Source of the DNA: Octopus sinensis
Lineage: Eukaryota
Direction: 5' to 3'
DNA: 64,000 nucleotides
NCBI RefSeq assembly: GCF_006345805.1
Contig: NC_042999.1
Location: 56,172,001 to 56,236,000, forward strand
The translations under genes and the position numbers were made by a program. This document shows positions 1-13,305 of the stretch, piece by piece. Each line of letters opens with the position of its first letter. The first letter of the stretch is position 1. The notes below the pieces were generated by a model, which was given only the letters and a program-made list of their open reading frames with translations, was not told the origin of the DNA and did no database searches.

Positions 1-362
1 CTTAAATAACAAGAAAAACATTTCATATTAGATTAGCCTATTTTAAAAAAGGAATTCAAAATTAATCTTAAGTATGCAAAACATTTAATTGAATTTAACA
101 ATATTTTTAAATATTGGTCTTAAATTTTGCACAAGGCCAGCAATTTTGGGGGTGGGAGTAAGTCAATTATATCAACCCCAGTGCTCAACTGGTACTTATT
201 TTATCAATCCCAAAAGAGTGAAAGGTAAAAGCTGACCTTGGCAGAATTTGAAGTTAGAATATAAAGCTAGACAAAATACTGCTAAGCATTTTGCCTGGCA
301 TGGTAATAATTATACGAGCTCACCACCTTGTCTCAAAAGATATATTCAAATAATTGACTTAC

Positions 363-467
363 TTGGAAACATCCACTGCTAGCTGCACATGGATAATGAT
401 ATTTTTTCGTACAACGAGGAATTCTGCAAGTTATTGTTGCGCCGTATCGATGACAGTAACTGCATTT
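363..467 (-). CDS. KMT2C: KMT2C/D exon, ePHD core: KCSYCHRYGATITCRIPRCTKKYHYPCAASSGCFQ; gene continues beyond the left edge
   Basis: C-x2-C...GAT-x2-C-x4-C-x3-YHYPCA motif of KMT2 ePHD fingers. Acceptor ttttacag|aaa, donor caa|gtaagt; 105 nt, phase 0 to 0. Confidence 0.95.
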
Positions 468-2949
468 CTGTAAAATTTGTTTTTAAAATGAACATTTGCT
501 GTAAATTGTCTAAATAATATTCACAAATTAGTTTCAACATCTAGTTTTCCCACTCTAACTCTTCAAAAAACTAAATAAACTCAGAAGCTGGAAATGTTGC
601 CATTTTTAAGTCTAAATCAAGAAATCTGCCCTTCTGTTCATGTCTAACTTATTCTTTATTTTTCAATTCAAGATTCAATCACTACACAGAAATTACAATA
701 CATATGCTCATAATTCTATGAGAACTGCCACAACAACAATCTACACACTACGAGCATGAGCCAACAAGAAAGCCTCTACATATTCACTTGACCTTGTAGA
801 AATAGAAGCCAAATTTTCCTCAAACAATATTCTATATCTTAACAAAAAGGACACATTTCCCATAAAAGATCATCATGAATGGAATGCCTTTGTTCATATG
901 TCTACTCAATCAGAGCTGACATTAGGTTAAAAACAATAACAATTAATTACCAACAACCATTAAATAACTTACAAGAGGGTTTGCTAAATAAAAACATACT
1001 GCAAACAGAACACTTTCAACCAAAACCGGTATATCTTCTACTTCTTACTCTTCTCTCTGTATACTCCAGACTTTCCTTAGTTTAGACACATGGCCACCAG
1101 TTACAATAATTCCTTTAGTAGCTAAGGTCCCACAAATCAATGGATCCTGGCAGTATTTCAGCCATTATGAAATAGTATACTCCCAAGTTGACTCTTAAAC
1201 TCACTATGCTTTTTTTAGAATTTCTTTCTCTTAAGAATTTAATGTAAAATATGAAAGCATATTCATTAGAAAATCTAATAAAGCTGCCTACTCTCAGTTT
1301 CCATCTAAATTGTGAACTATTTGTCAAGTTGTTCAATTGCAGCATGTGCTGATGAAAATCTGACTACACTTCATTTACTTCAGTTCCATCATTTCTTTAT
1401 CATTCCTAAAACAGATACCAACACACTATATAACCTCTAGCTATACACATACATAAATATCCACATGCTACAGCTCACTTTCAGCCAACCCCTACCACCG
1501 TCATCATGCACTATTTTCACCCCTATATATTTCTGATATCACCCTGTCACTATGCCTTCCCCTCACACCATCCCAAATTATCTGTACTGCCATCTACCAT
1601 CTCCCCAACCCACCCTATTTCCTCCACCTACATTCACCTGTATTCCCATCTCTATCAATGTGCTACTCTCCTTTCATATTCTCACAACCTTACCTACCCA
1701 GCCACTATTCAAACCTGTTCTACATCTCTCTTACACTCACCTTCTTTTCTCTCTTTCCAGCTGGAGTAGCCATGTATCTCCTCTACAGCAAGACACCCGT
1801 TCCTGGTAATCTTACTTTAGCCTTTCATCACCAGGCATAAAGCCACCACTTCTCAATACTACAGCTCAATTCAGTAATGGGATCTTGTCTTGCAAGTTAC
1901 TTGGTGGCTTCACTAATGCCACGGTCACAAAAAAGCACCCAGTATACCTTGTAAAGTGGTTGGAATTAAAAACCACACTAAAGTATATATATTAGATCCC
2001 AATGCAGTCCTCTGTTTCATCAAAATCCTGTTGCATCATCCAACCCATGCTAGCATGGAAGATAAATGCTAAATGATGATAGTGTGCATATTCTCAATAA
2101 TTCCTGCTAGAGCTTATAGCAGCATTCTCCACTTATTGAATACTGCTTCATAAGCGTTTTCTCTTCAGTAAGAAAATACAGAACAAATAATAATCTTAAA
2201 ATACCAAACTTAGGACACAGAGTGATCATATACATATACACAACTATTTTAGCATTAAGCCATACTTTGTTTCTGTCTTGTATACTACTATAACTATACT
2301 CTAATAAATTTTATTCCATTTAATATGCTAATTATACCACTCCCACCTCAGCTCACTTAATGCATCTATTTCTCCTCCATTCTATCACCCTTCAGAAACT
2401 TAATTTTAAAGCCTATACTACCTTGCTCAATTGCTCCAACTCATACTCATGTTTTCCTTCTAATTACTCGCCTGCAACAATGCAACTTCACTTGTTTATA
2501 TTTATATAACACAGTCTACAAAGATTTATTATATGAGGAAATAGCAGTGGTCATAATTTTTTTTTATAAATCAATTTTCAAATGCTAATTAATATCTCTG
2601 TATCTACAAAGGTTAAATTGAATCACAGCACAAAAAAGGTTTCAAATCATAATACACAACTTAATTGCAAACCATAGTTTAACTCATTATATCAATTTTT
2701 CAAATCCTTAATATCTCACCCTCTGCTTCTCGCCTTTACAGCTCAATTACTTCATACATGGTATCTCTGCTTGTTAAGATGCTTCATGTTTCATATACAA
2801 TTAGTTGTATAACTTATAGTGGTTTTCAAAACAATGTTTTACATTATACATATTTTTCAAATGATTTAACACAATATTTAGAATTTCAACGTAATTTTAC
2901 ATAGAAATTGTTAATGATTTTTAAAAGAAAAAATTACAAAATGATTTAC

Positions 2950-3059
2950 CTGTGTCAAACCGGCAAAAACAGCTCTATCAACAAACTGCAAGCTATCATC
3001 ATCTCTCATTGTTACACCCTCAGACCAACATGCACAAGACTGATGACCCCATACATGTC
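2950..3059 (-). CDS. KMT2C: KMT2C/D exon, ePHD: (G)HVWGHQSCACWSEGVTMRDDDSLQFVDRAVFAGLTQ
   Basis: W-x-H-x-x-C-x-x-WS-x-GV ePHD signature. Acceptor taattcag|ga, donor cag|gtaaat; 110 nt, phase 1 to 0. Confidence 0.94.
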
Positions 3060-4488
3060 CTGAATTAAATAAAAGGCAATTGTATCAAAATATAGCTGAT
3101 ACTTTATAAAAATATATTAAAAACATAGGTTTTCATGCAGCTTCACCACCTACATTTATTGCTATTGTTCAATCTTTCACTCTCTTCTCAATTTCCTTTT
3201 GTTGGCATATCACTTTCCCAAAATTCCAATATTATTTCCCCAAATCTTGTCCCCTTCTCCCATCACTCCACTTAAGCTATTTTTTCTATTAAATCTCCCT
3301 ATCAACAATTACTATCTAATTACCCATCACTGTTTTTTCTTCCATTACTCCTCTCCTACATTTACACTATTATTACTGTTCCTCCCATTATAGCCATACT
3401 CAAAACTCCTTTCATACTCTCACTCTACTTCACTATATGCCATCATCCTCTCTTCTACTCGCCCACTTAGTAATATCTGCCTTGAACAAATGGCAAAAAT
3501 GTAAAGTAAAGAGGACTTTTAGCCCTGCACACAACAAAGTAACCTTCTTAGTGCTGATGCTATGGTAAAGTATATTCAGTACACTCTACAATTTGGTTAG
3601 CAGAGACAATGTTGCGTCAAAAGGATTCTTTTGTCGTACTGAGGACATGATAACCTCTTCAATGCTAGTGATGTAATAAAATGCACCTAGTACATTCTGT
3701 AAAGTAACTGATGTTAAGAAGAACATCTAACCACAGAAACTACACCAAAGATGGAATATACTACCCAGATGGTTCTTCACACACCTAGGAGGACAGTAAC
3801 TTCAAATGAAAACTGACTTAGAATATAATCCATGCCAAGAAGGTAAATGAATGTCAAAAGGTGGTGGAGGTGATGAAGATTCTTCTATCAAATTATTGAA
3901 AATACTAACATAAATCATAAGAAAACATTTTTACAGATTTAAATTATACTACAGTAGCCATGCTAGCCAAGAAAAAGGGATTATAAACAGTGAAAGAAAG
4001 ATAAACCATACACCTTTCATATCTATGAACTTTTAATTCACATTCAATCACAGTTAAAAAGGATAATGATCAACACATCCCCAATAGCTGCAGATCCTTC
4101 TACTTGAGGAGAATATGTTATTATAGTCGTTTTGTATCAATAACCTAAACAAATAAATTTGTTATTTACTAATTATATCAATTTTGTAATCCCTTCACCT
4201 CTCTGCAAATTATACCATCCCATTCCAGTTCCATAATTAATACCAATCCAAAAGTATCACATTGAAATACCAGTATGGCTGATACATATAGTCTTATTCT
4301 CATATCATGTAAATAACTGCAAATTGCCTGCTTTAATATATTTTTAAACTTCTGGTTATCTCATTGCTCTTATAATATCAGCTATTTTATATGACCAGCT
4401 TGCTGAAGAGCAGTACACAAAATACCAAACAAAAAATTTTTTTATGAAATTCACAAAGAAATACAAAAAAAAACTCCAATTAAGTTAC

Positions 4489-4628
4489 CTGTTATTTCAT
4501 AAACCTGATGCACATCTACATCTTCTGAATGACCAACCAAACTAAGTTCATCAACAATTGCCATGGGCCGTCCATCTTCATCGTGAATACTATGAGGATT
4601 TGGACGTCGTGGAGATTTACTTCGCTCT
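4489..4628 (-). CDS. KMT2C: KMT2C/D exon: (R)ERSKSPRRPNPHSIHDEDGRPMAIVDELSLVGHSEDVDVHQVYEIT
   Basis: DELSLVG matches the same segment of human KMT2C (recalled). Acceptor tgattgtag|a, donor aca g|gtaact; 140 nt, phase 2 to 1. Confidence 0.92.
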
Positions 4629-5141
4629 CTACAATCACAAAATTACATTGAGAGTATATATTACAGTTGTAACATTTCCATTAAATTAAAAACTTTATAA
4701 AAATGAATAGAAAAAAAAACAAAATTTTTATATAAGAAAATAGTCAGTGCTTAATAATGATTAAGTATTAACAGAGAAACAAATGTTTATACATCCTCAT
4801 AAAGGAGCATATACTTAGAACTCAATTATTAAGTAAATCATCTGTCAAAACAAAAATTTAAGTCTGTCTGAAAACTATAGGATCATGCGGTGGAGTAAGC
4901 TCCCAGTTTCTCAGATGTTTAAGCAACTAAGTTTCCTCCAGAATGGGACACCAGTCCACTGCAAGATTAAACAACCCCCTCCCCAGCCACTGCTGGAGTA
5001 CACTTTGGCTGAAGAGACTGGAGGTTGCTCAAGGAGACAACATGCCACTCAATCTGGGAATCAAGCCGATGACTTTACAAACATGAATGAGCTTAACACC
5101 CAAGCTACACCTTAAGCTTAATTTTGAACAACAGGTATTAC

Positions 5142-5357
5142 CTAGCAGGTCTAGATGGGCCTCTAGGTCTTCTCCATGTTAAGTGCTTTGGATTTCTGTC
5201 ATTTCCTTTTTCATCAATTTCTGAAGATGTTCTCCTTGCTCGCTGAAGTATCCGCTTGAAAGGATTAAATCCAGGGGTTGGGTCATATTTTGACAATATT
5301 CCTTGACCAAGTAAGCTATTTTCACCACAGTTACAAAAGGAGCATGTACGACTATTA
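5142..5357 (-). CDS. KMT2C: KMT2C/D exon, start of the ePHD pre-PHD zinc knuckle: NSRTCSFCNCGENSLLGQGILSKYDPTPGFNPFKR...RPRGPSRPA
   Basis: CSFCNCGENSLLGQG resembles human KMT2C CAFCYCGEKSSLGQG (recalled). Acceptor ttttacag|t, donor ag|gtaata; 216 nt, phase 2 to 2. Confidence 0.93.
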
Positions 5358-5767
5358 CTGTAAAATGAAAAGAATCAAAGAAAATTAATTCACAAGATAT
5401 TCAAATCTAAAAATTATACATGGAATGGAATTATATAATTCTACTTCATTAAAAACAAAAATACTAGTGATATCACAGCATGAATACTAATAAGCTATTC
5501 AAATTAGAATATGTATTTTAAAAAAATACTTAAACATACGTGTTTTAATTTATCGCATTTTCCAGCATACAAGTCAATTTTTCAGACCCAAATTTACAGC
5601 CAAAAAAGTAGGTCAACTTATACATCAAGACAACTTTAGGGGACCAAGCAGGATTTGCAAAGAAAGGGATAATGTTTCAATGTTTACAGTACATTTATTT
5701 TCATACTATATACTAGATCGATGAGTATGCCAGAAAATGATATTTATACTGAAGATGTGAAAATTAC

Positions 5768-5858
5768 CTTAAAATTCCACTTGAATTCGAATCTTCAGAA
5801 AGCTGCCTATCAGAAGACTGAATAATGCTGTTATCAATAGCCTCAACACAAGGATTAT
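5768..5858 (-). CDS. KMT2C: KMT2C/D exon: (D)NPCVEAIDNSIIQSSDRQLSEDSNSSGIL
   Basis: Acceptor ttctag|at, donor ttaag|gtaatt; 91 nt, phase 1 to 2, exactly bridging the flanking exons. Confidence 0.8.
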
Positions 5859-6977
5859 CTAGAAGCATTAAGAAAAAATTATTTTTTCAATAGCTATGTA
5901 TGTTGGTGGTTAGTTTTTTTTAGACATCATCCACTCAACTGAATCTTTCTCTAGTATAGTTCCTTTATTTAAAATACATGTATGAGCAAAGATGAGAATA
6001 AAATAATAGCAACAAAAATTCTATTACAAATTGAACATATATTTTTTAAAAAAGCAGTTTCTTATAATAGTGTAGCTATTTCTATATCAAGGTGAAGAAA
6101 AATAGCAACTGTTGCTTATCATTGAATATATTAAATATATTAATTTCTTTTGACTTATTTCAATAAATCAGAATTACAGGAGAAAGTGTAAATGAATATT
6201 GTAATATCTAGGCATTTCCTGAAGACAATGTAGCATAAGTAAAATGAAACAACCACATCTGGGAATCAAAAGTAAATCATATAACATTTTATACTAGAGT
6301 AACAGGAAATAGTATTCAACAGTTCTCTTGATTCTTGGATATTAAAATATTACCAAAGTTTTAAAATTGCTGAAATGAATGTACAAATAGTGATTATCAT
6401 ATACAAGCAAGAGATGGAAACCTATACAAGAAATACATATCTAACTATTGCAGTAATTATATTTTCTGATGATAACAGTTTTCAACAATGGTTTTATCAC
6501 TAGAGAACAGCAAATCAGCAAAATAATAAATTGATATTTGTTGCCTTTTTACATATGAACTTTCTTCTGTGGCTTTTCAAGTTAAAAAAATTACTGTTGA
6601 AACAAAATTGTAAGTTCACCCAACGACAATTGAATCAAGCAGTGCTAGACAGGGGAAACTAATTATTCCAATCATTTTATTTTGCATCATATTAAGAAAG
6701 TACTTCCCACAAGACATTGATGGAGACAGCTTCAAAGGATTTGGTTGCAAATACCGTAATGTAAATATTCTGCTAAATTACTGCCTAAGTTAATGAAACC
6801 TCAAAAATAAAGCATGACTGATGACTCAAAACAATAGACCGGGGGAAAAAATAATTGGTTAATTTAAATCACTATCAACAAAAGATTAAAATTTTCAATC
6901 AAGAAATGCAATAAAAATTAATAAAACAAAACTAAATACTATTTTTCTAAACAATTAAGATCATTAATAAAAATTAC

Positions 6978-7222
6978 CTCCAGATGGTGTTTCTGATAAT
7001 TCTGTCTCAGTTGATTCATCAGCAAGGATATCATCAAGAATTGAACTTGGAATAGCTTCAGTTGTTGTAGGAATAGTAGTAGATAAACTAATAGTAGTAG
7101 AATCTTGAAGTTTGAACACGGATGCATCAACACTTTCAGTAGGTATATCCATTGCAATATCGGGACTGAAACTCTCAACAACAAGGTTATATTTGGGTTT
7201 ACGTCCAGGAGTCTTTACTCGC
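6978..7222 (-). CDS. KMT2C: KMT2C/D exon: (T)RVKTPGRKPKYNLVVESFSPDIAMDIPTE...ELSETPSG
   Basis: Acceptor ttttcag|g at 7222 (phase 2), donor gga g|gtaatt at 6978 (phase 1); 245 nt, open frame, phases match both neighbours. Confidence 0.85.
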
Positions 7223-7736
7223 CTGAAAATTATATATGTAAAAAATATACAGGAAATATCTAAACTTTGTCAGAATTTTTCAAATTATATTAACTCTTTA
7301 CATGCTTGTCATTTTATAAAATCCATATATAATTAGAGTTTTTGAATTCTAATACATTATCTAAACAAAATTGTCCATTACATATTCAAATATTACACTA
7401 TATTAGTTTTAAGACTATATCAGAAACGAAAATAAATTGACAAGTTACAGTTTTCTTTTTTCAATTCATAAATTTCTCAACAACAAATATGCATATTATT
7501 AAATTGAAATAGGGTTCAATATTTGTTGAACTCATAATACAGCATAATGATGAGTGTAGAAATAGTGAAATAACTAAAAAAAATTCTGCTAACAATTATT
7601 TTAAACAGGAAAATGAAGGGATGGATCAATCAAATCAGAAATGGCCATTATCAAATATTAAAACTATAAAATATTTTTATGTACTTTCTATTTTATTCGT
7701 TACTATTCATAAACAATTTTGAAAAGGACTACTCAC

Positions 7737-10700
7737 GTTTTTTTCTTAACTAAATGTGATGGGGTTCCAACCGATTCTTTTCTAGGCCTGCCTGGTCCTC
7801 GCTTTTGTTGACTTCCACCAAAACTTTCATTCAAGTCCCCAGCAGTACTCGACTGAGAAGAATCCACTGTTGCTGAAGACAGTAAGCCCTCAGCTTCCAA
7901 AAACATATTTGGAGAGGATTGCAATTCACTATCAGATTTATTCTGTGAGTCATCAAAATATGTATTCCTATCAACAAAACTACTTGCTTTACTTTCTTTG
8001 ACATCCATGTTCTCATCATATTTTAATTCAGCTTGTTCTGAAGAAAGTTGTTGCATTAATACTGATTGGGATTTGGGAGATGTAGTTTGTTCTAAGGAAG
8101 ATACAGAATGAGCTTGTGTAGATCTGTATGAAGAGAGGTTTTGCTCATTTGATGCCTCATTATCAGGTTCCCAATCCATTTCTTGTGACAGGGACTGTTC
8201 TGACAAAGGATGACTCGAAGAAGATTCTGAGCATTTTGGAGACTGGTCAATTTGCAATTGCCTTCTTTCCGGTTTCTGTTGCTTAGAGCTTTCAAACTCA
8301 TATTGTAATTCTTGAAATCGTTCAGTAAGAGGAATTTCTGAAACACAATGTAGATTCGAGTTTTCTGTAGAAACACTTCCTTTTGTTAATTCAGTGATAT
8401 CTGATTTTTCTCTCTGCTGCAGTAGAAGATTCTGATCAAAGTTATCCACAGATTTTGTTTCAGATTCTACTATAAATTCCTGATTCAAATGAGTATCTTT
8501 CTTTCCTAAGTCTTGTACTTCTTCATTTAATGTTAGTTCAGCTGTTAAATTCTCTGCTCCTGGGGAAGATTTTTCATTATCTGTTGATTGAACTGGCATT
8601 TCAATAGACTGAACTGAATGCAAGTCTTGTTTTGTGCTACATCCAGATACTAACTCTGATTTATTGGATATAATAAATTGTTCCTGTTCAGCTGTTTCAC
8701 TACTAGCAATTTCTGGTTTCATTTCCTGAACATGTAATTCAGATGCAGAACCTGTAATAGATTCTACATCTGATTTTTCAGAAGAAACTAAATGCAAGTT
8801 CGTGCTCACAAATGAAACAGATTGTATCTCTGATTCTTGAGTATCAACTGATTGTATTTCAGACCAAGTTGATTGTTGGGTAAGCTCAGATGCTGGAAGA
8901 GATTCAAGCTGTATCTCAACAGCTGAGACAGTTTGTACTTCAGTATCTGTAGATGATTTACTCAATGACACACTGAACTGAGGAACATTTTGTTCTGATT
9001 CAGTAACTTGATATAGTACCATCTCCTTTTCTTCTTGTGCTTCATGGAAAAATTTCCCTTCTTCAATCTGTTGATCACTCATTCCTATTGAGAGTGTTTC
9101 TGGAAGAGTTACTGATACTACATCTTGCTTAACTGTTTGGAAAGTATAAAATCGTTGATCTTGTTCAGATGTTAGTGGATGATTGCCAAGATTTTCTTCA
9201 GTAGAAACATGTGGCTCTTCAACTGATAATGCACTTTGTTGCTCAGAATCTGTTTCAGAAAAGAGGGTTTGATTTATTTCAGAATGTTGTTCCTGTTCTG
9301 GTACAGGCTGTTCGACTTTAAGATCAGATGCAGTGTGTAAAGACTGCCTTTGTTTCAATTCTGATAGAGAACTTACGTGTTGATTTTCTGTTTCACCTTG
9401 ATGTTCATTTTCTGGAAGCTGTTTCTGTACTTCTGATTTTGTACATAATTCTACAGTTTGATTGGTTTCTGACTCTGAATTTTGTTGCACAGATGACACA
9501 ATTTGCTCTTGTTGTTTTATCAACTCTGAAAGTGCTTGTGATTTTTCCTGCTGATTTTGCTCTAAAGATTCTGAAAAGGTTTGTTGATCTGATTCTATTA
9601 TATTTTGCTGCTGTGAATCAATATCAGAAATAACTGCCTGTAGTTGCTCAGTTTCTACAATTGGTTCCTTCTGATCACATTTTAACACCATTTCCTGTGA
9701 CTGCTCCATTTCTGATATCTCTGTTACTTCATAATTAGGCATAATTTCTTGTTGCAGTTGCTCATTATTAGATACCATTTCTTGCAACTGGTCATTTTCC
9801 AACAACATTGGCTGCTGCTCAACTTCTGACACTGTTACTTGCATTTGAACAGCTTCAGATGGCAATTGCTGCTGCTGTTCAACTTCGGATACTGCATGTT
9901 GCTGTTCGACTTCAGATAACAGCTGATGCTGCTCTGGTGCAGATTCAGACAAGTGTTGCTGCTTCTGTTCAACTTCAGCCATTGCCTGTTGCTGCTCAAC
10001 TTCAGACACCATTTCTTGCAGCTGCTGCTGCTTAATTCTAGATACCATCTCTTGCAACTGCATAGCTTCCGGTATTTGCTGCTGCTGAAGATCACTTACC
10101 ATCTCCTGTAAATGTTCAACTTCAGACACATCTTGCAACTGCACGGTGTCAGATATGTGCTGTTGCTGATCAACTTCAGAAGCCAGCTCTTCATGTTGCT
10201 CCTCAATTTCAGAAATTATCTCCTGTGGTTGCTGTTCAACTTGAGAAACCATTTGTTGCTCTATTTCTAGTATTACATGAGCCTGCTTCGGTTCATTCAC
10301 TATCTGCTGTTTCTTGTCACTTTCAGATATCATATGAGGCTGCTCGACTTCTGAAACTATATGCTGTGATTGCAAAATCTCATGCATCTGCTCATTAGCT
10401 TGTGATTGTTGTGATGACACAATCTGCTGGTGCACACCTTCACTCATCTGCTGTTGCTGCTCTCCTTCAGACAATACATACTGTTGTTGCTGAGGAACTT
10501 CTTCAGACAAAATCTGTTGTGGAACTTCTTCAGATAAAATCTGTTGTTGTTGTTCACCATCGCACACTATTTGTTGTAAATGAACCTCACCATCACAAAC
10601 AATCTGTTGAAACTGCTGCTCACTCTCACACACAATACTCTGCTGCTGATAACCTTGGAACCTAATTTCTTGATCAGATATTTCAGATGCAATTTCCTGT

Positions 10701-13305
10701 TGTTGCTCATCAATACATAACATCTCCTGCTGGTTGTCACTTTCAGAAACAACTGATTCAATTTCTTGTTGTTTATCTTCAGACACTTCTTGTTGCAATT
10801 CACTTTGGGACATAATTTTCACTGGTTCTCCTGAAACAATTTCCACTTGCTGTTGTTTAATATTCTCAGATAATATCTGTTCTTGGGGCATATCATCAAG
10901 CCCTACTAATTGCTGACTATTATTTTCTGATAATATTTGAGGTTGCTGTCCAGGTGTGGTAACAATTTGTTGCAACATGCTTTCCATAACAATTTCTTGC
11001 TGTTGTACAACTTGTTGCTGTTCAGCTTCAAGCACAATCTCTGGTTGCTGTTGTTCAGTTTCCAATACAGTTGGCTCAGCTTCTGATACAGTTGCATCAG
11101 CTTCTGATATATCCTGCTCTGCTGTTGAGATTTCCAATTGATCAGGTAAAATTCCCACATGCTGTTCAGATGAAGACACAATCTCTTGTTGACCTGATTT
11201 AGATATAAGTTGGGCTTTTTGATGGTGTCCAGATTCCAACAAAATTGGTTGTTGCTGAGTAAATGTAGATTCTGACACAACTTGTAGTACTTCCTCTGAT
11301 TCTGTCAGAATAGGTTGCCATTGTTCACACTTTGGCGAAGTCTTTTGTTGTTGCTCTTCTTTACATATAAACTGTGATTGTTCATCAGGTTCATAATTTT
11401 GCTGCTTTTCATCAAACTGTTGTAGCTCCTGCTCTGGTTCAGGTATGAACTGTGTTTGTTCAGGAATAAACTGCACTTGCTGTTCTTCAATATCTGGAAT
11501 AAACTGTGTCTCATGCTCTGCTTGAGGTATAAACTGCAATTGCTCATGTGAAGTTAAATGAGATGGTATCTCTTCTGATACACAGTGCAGTTGCTCTTCT
11601 GTGATAGCTGGTTGCTGTTCTTCTGATACATATTGCTCAGCTGTCCTATATTGCTCATGTTGTTCTTGCAATTCAAACTGCATGTGTTTTTCAGATGAAA
11701 ATTCTGTTGTTTGATCTCCAGACTCAAACTCATTTTGCTGATCATGAGAGGCAAATTGCACTTGCTGTTCCTCGGAAATAAACTCAACTTGCTGCTCTTC
11801 AGAGATGAACTCAACTTGCTGCTCCTCAGAAATGAACTCAACTTGCTGCTCCTCAGAAATGAACTCGACTTGCTGCTGTTCTTGTAGTTGTAAGAACTGC
11901 ACATGTTGCTCATTAGGTATTTGCACAAACTCCATTTGTGGTTCCTCAGAGATTGTCTCAAATTGCATTTGCTCTTCTTCAGATATTGACTGAATTTGTA
12001 CTTCTTGAGCTTCAGACTCTGCACCCACAAACTGAGGGACTTGTTCAGTTTCTGTGGCAAGTTGGGGTAACACTTTTGATGGAGATTGTTCTTCAGAAAC
12101 CAATGCCAACTGTACTTGCTCATCTGGCACAAAGTTCTTCTGTTGTTGCTCTGATTCAAGAACAATTGTTTCTTTCTTTGTAGATGTTTCATATTTCTTC
12201 TCTTCCTCTTGAAGTTGCTCTTTAGGTACAAATTGTTGTAGATGTATAGAATCTTGTAATGTTTGCTGCTGGATTGATTTTTGTAAAATGAATTCTGGTA
12301 GAATCTGCTGCGAATCTGAAATTTGCTGCCATTCAGCTGTACATCTATCTTGCTTGATTTCTTGTCTAGATTCTGGTGTAGAAGAAACCACATGAGTAGA
12401 TTCTGATTCAACATATTGTGGTTGTTCCGTTTCTGGGTTAATAGTCTGTTCATATTCATGATCATAATGGGAAACTTGTGTTTGTTCAAATTCTGCCACA
12501 GGTATTTGTTGCTGGTTTGAATCTGAATCAAGACTTGGTACGTGTTCTGACTCTGGTGTAACTGGCTTTGCTTCAGATGTAACCAATTGAGAATTTGTTT
12601 CTTCCTGTTGAAATTCTGTCTCACAATCTTGTTTGTTTTGTTGCATGAATGTTTGATGCAACGTATCTTGAATTTCTGACAAAGATCTATGAGAATTACC
12701 CATTTCAACATCATCCACATCTGAAACAGAATCCTGAAGTTTAACATCATGAATAGGCTGAATGTTTTGCTCCAGCTCATGTTGCAAACCAGCCTGTGAC
12801 TCTGGAGAGAAACCTGCTTTGGTGTCTGACAACACAACTTGTTGTACACCTTCTTGTTGCCCTGGTAAAAGTAGAACATCCTGTGTTTCAAACTGTTCAG
12901 TTTGCTCAATTGTTGCTGGTTGAAATAATACCTGCTCATAGCTTTGTGCTGTTGATAAATCTTGTGAAGTACTTGTTTCCTGGTTCCATAACTGACTATT
13001 TTTTGATATTTCTGGTTGTTCTTTATCTTCAAATGATTGGCATGGAAGTGGAGGAGATTGCTGAGATGTATTAGAAGGACGTGGAGAAGATACCAAACAC
13101 TCTGAAGGATTAGTTTGAGTTGAACATAATTGTTGATCTTGCTCTTCACTTGTTTGCTGGAGTACTTTACTTTCAGAATTACTCTGCAACTGTGATTGTA
13201 CGTTATCACCATCATTACTTATAGGAAGATTAGTAGTTGCAGAATCAGGTAATTCTTCAGGTTCTTGGTGTTTCTCCACCAGCTTTTCTTTTTCTATTAA
13301 TTGGG
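7737..13305 (-). CDS. KMT2C: KMT2C/D-family gene, giant internal exon: about 1,855 aa Q/E/S-rich low-complexity region ending in an AT-hook (KRGPGRPRK)
   Basis: Lies within the stop-free 1,885-codon ORF 7733..13390. Acceptor ttgttctttttgtag|cc at 13305 (phase 1); donor aaaaaac|gtgagt at 7737 (phase 2). 5,569 nt = 2+1855x3+2. Splices in frame to the ePHD exons. AT-hook at about 7778-7806 corresponds to the N-terminal RPRGRPRK of human KMT2C (recalled from memory). KMT2C versus KMT2D cannot be resolved here; invertebrates usually have one co-ortholog. Confidence 0.88.
11760..11878 (-). repeat. Coding minisatellite, 27 bp x 4.4, encoding QQVEFISEE
   Basis: Units start at 11760, 11787, 11814 and 11841. 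Confidence 0.95.

Noticed and set aside
1115-1345. 76-aa ORF as an extra KMT2C/D exon
   Set aside because: The exons at 2950-3059 and 363-467 already join in phase and match the ePHD without a gap; the ORF has no recognisable motif or clear donor.
9328-12183. Plus-strand ORFs antisense to the giant exon (for example 9328-9633, 9808-10035, 11938-12183)
   Set aside because: Short shadows of a Q/E-rich coding strand (ctg/ttg/tgc repeats) with no independent coding signal.
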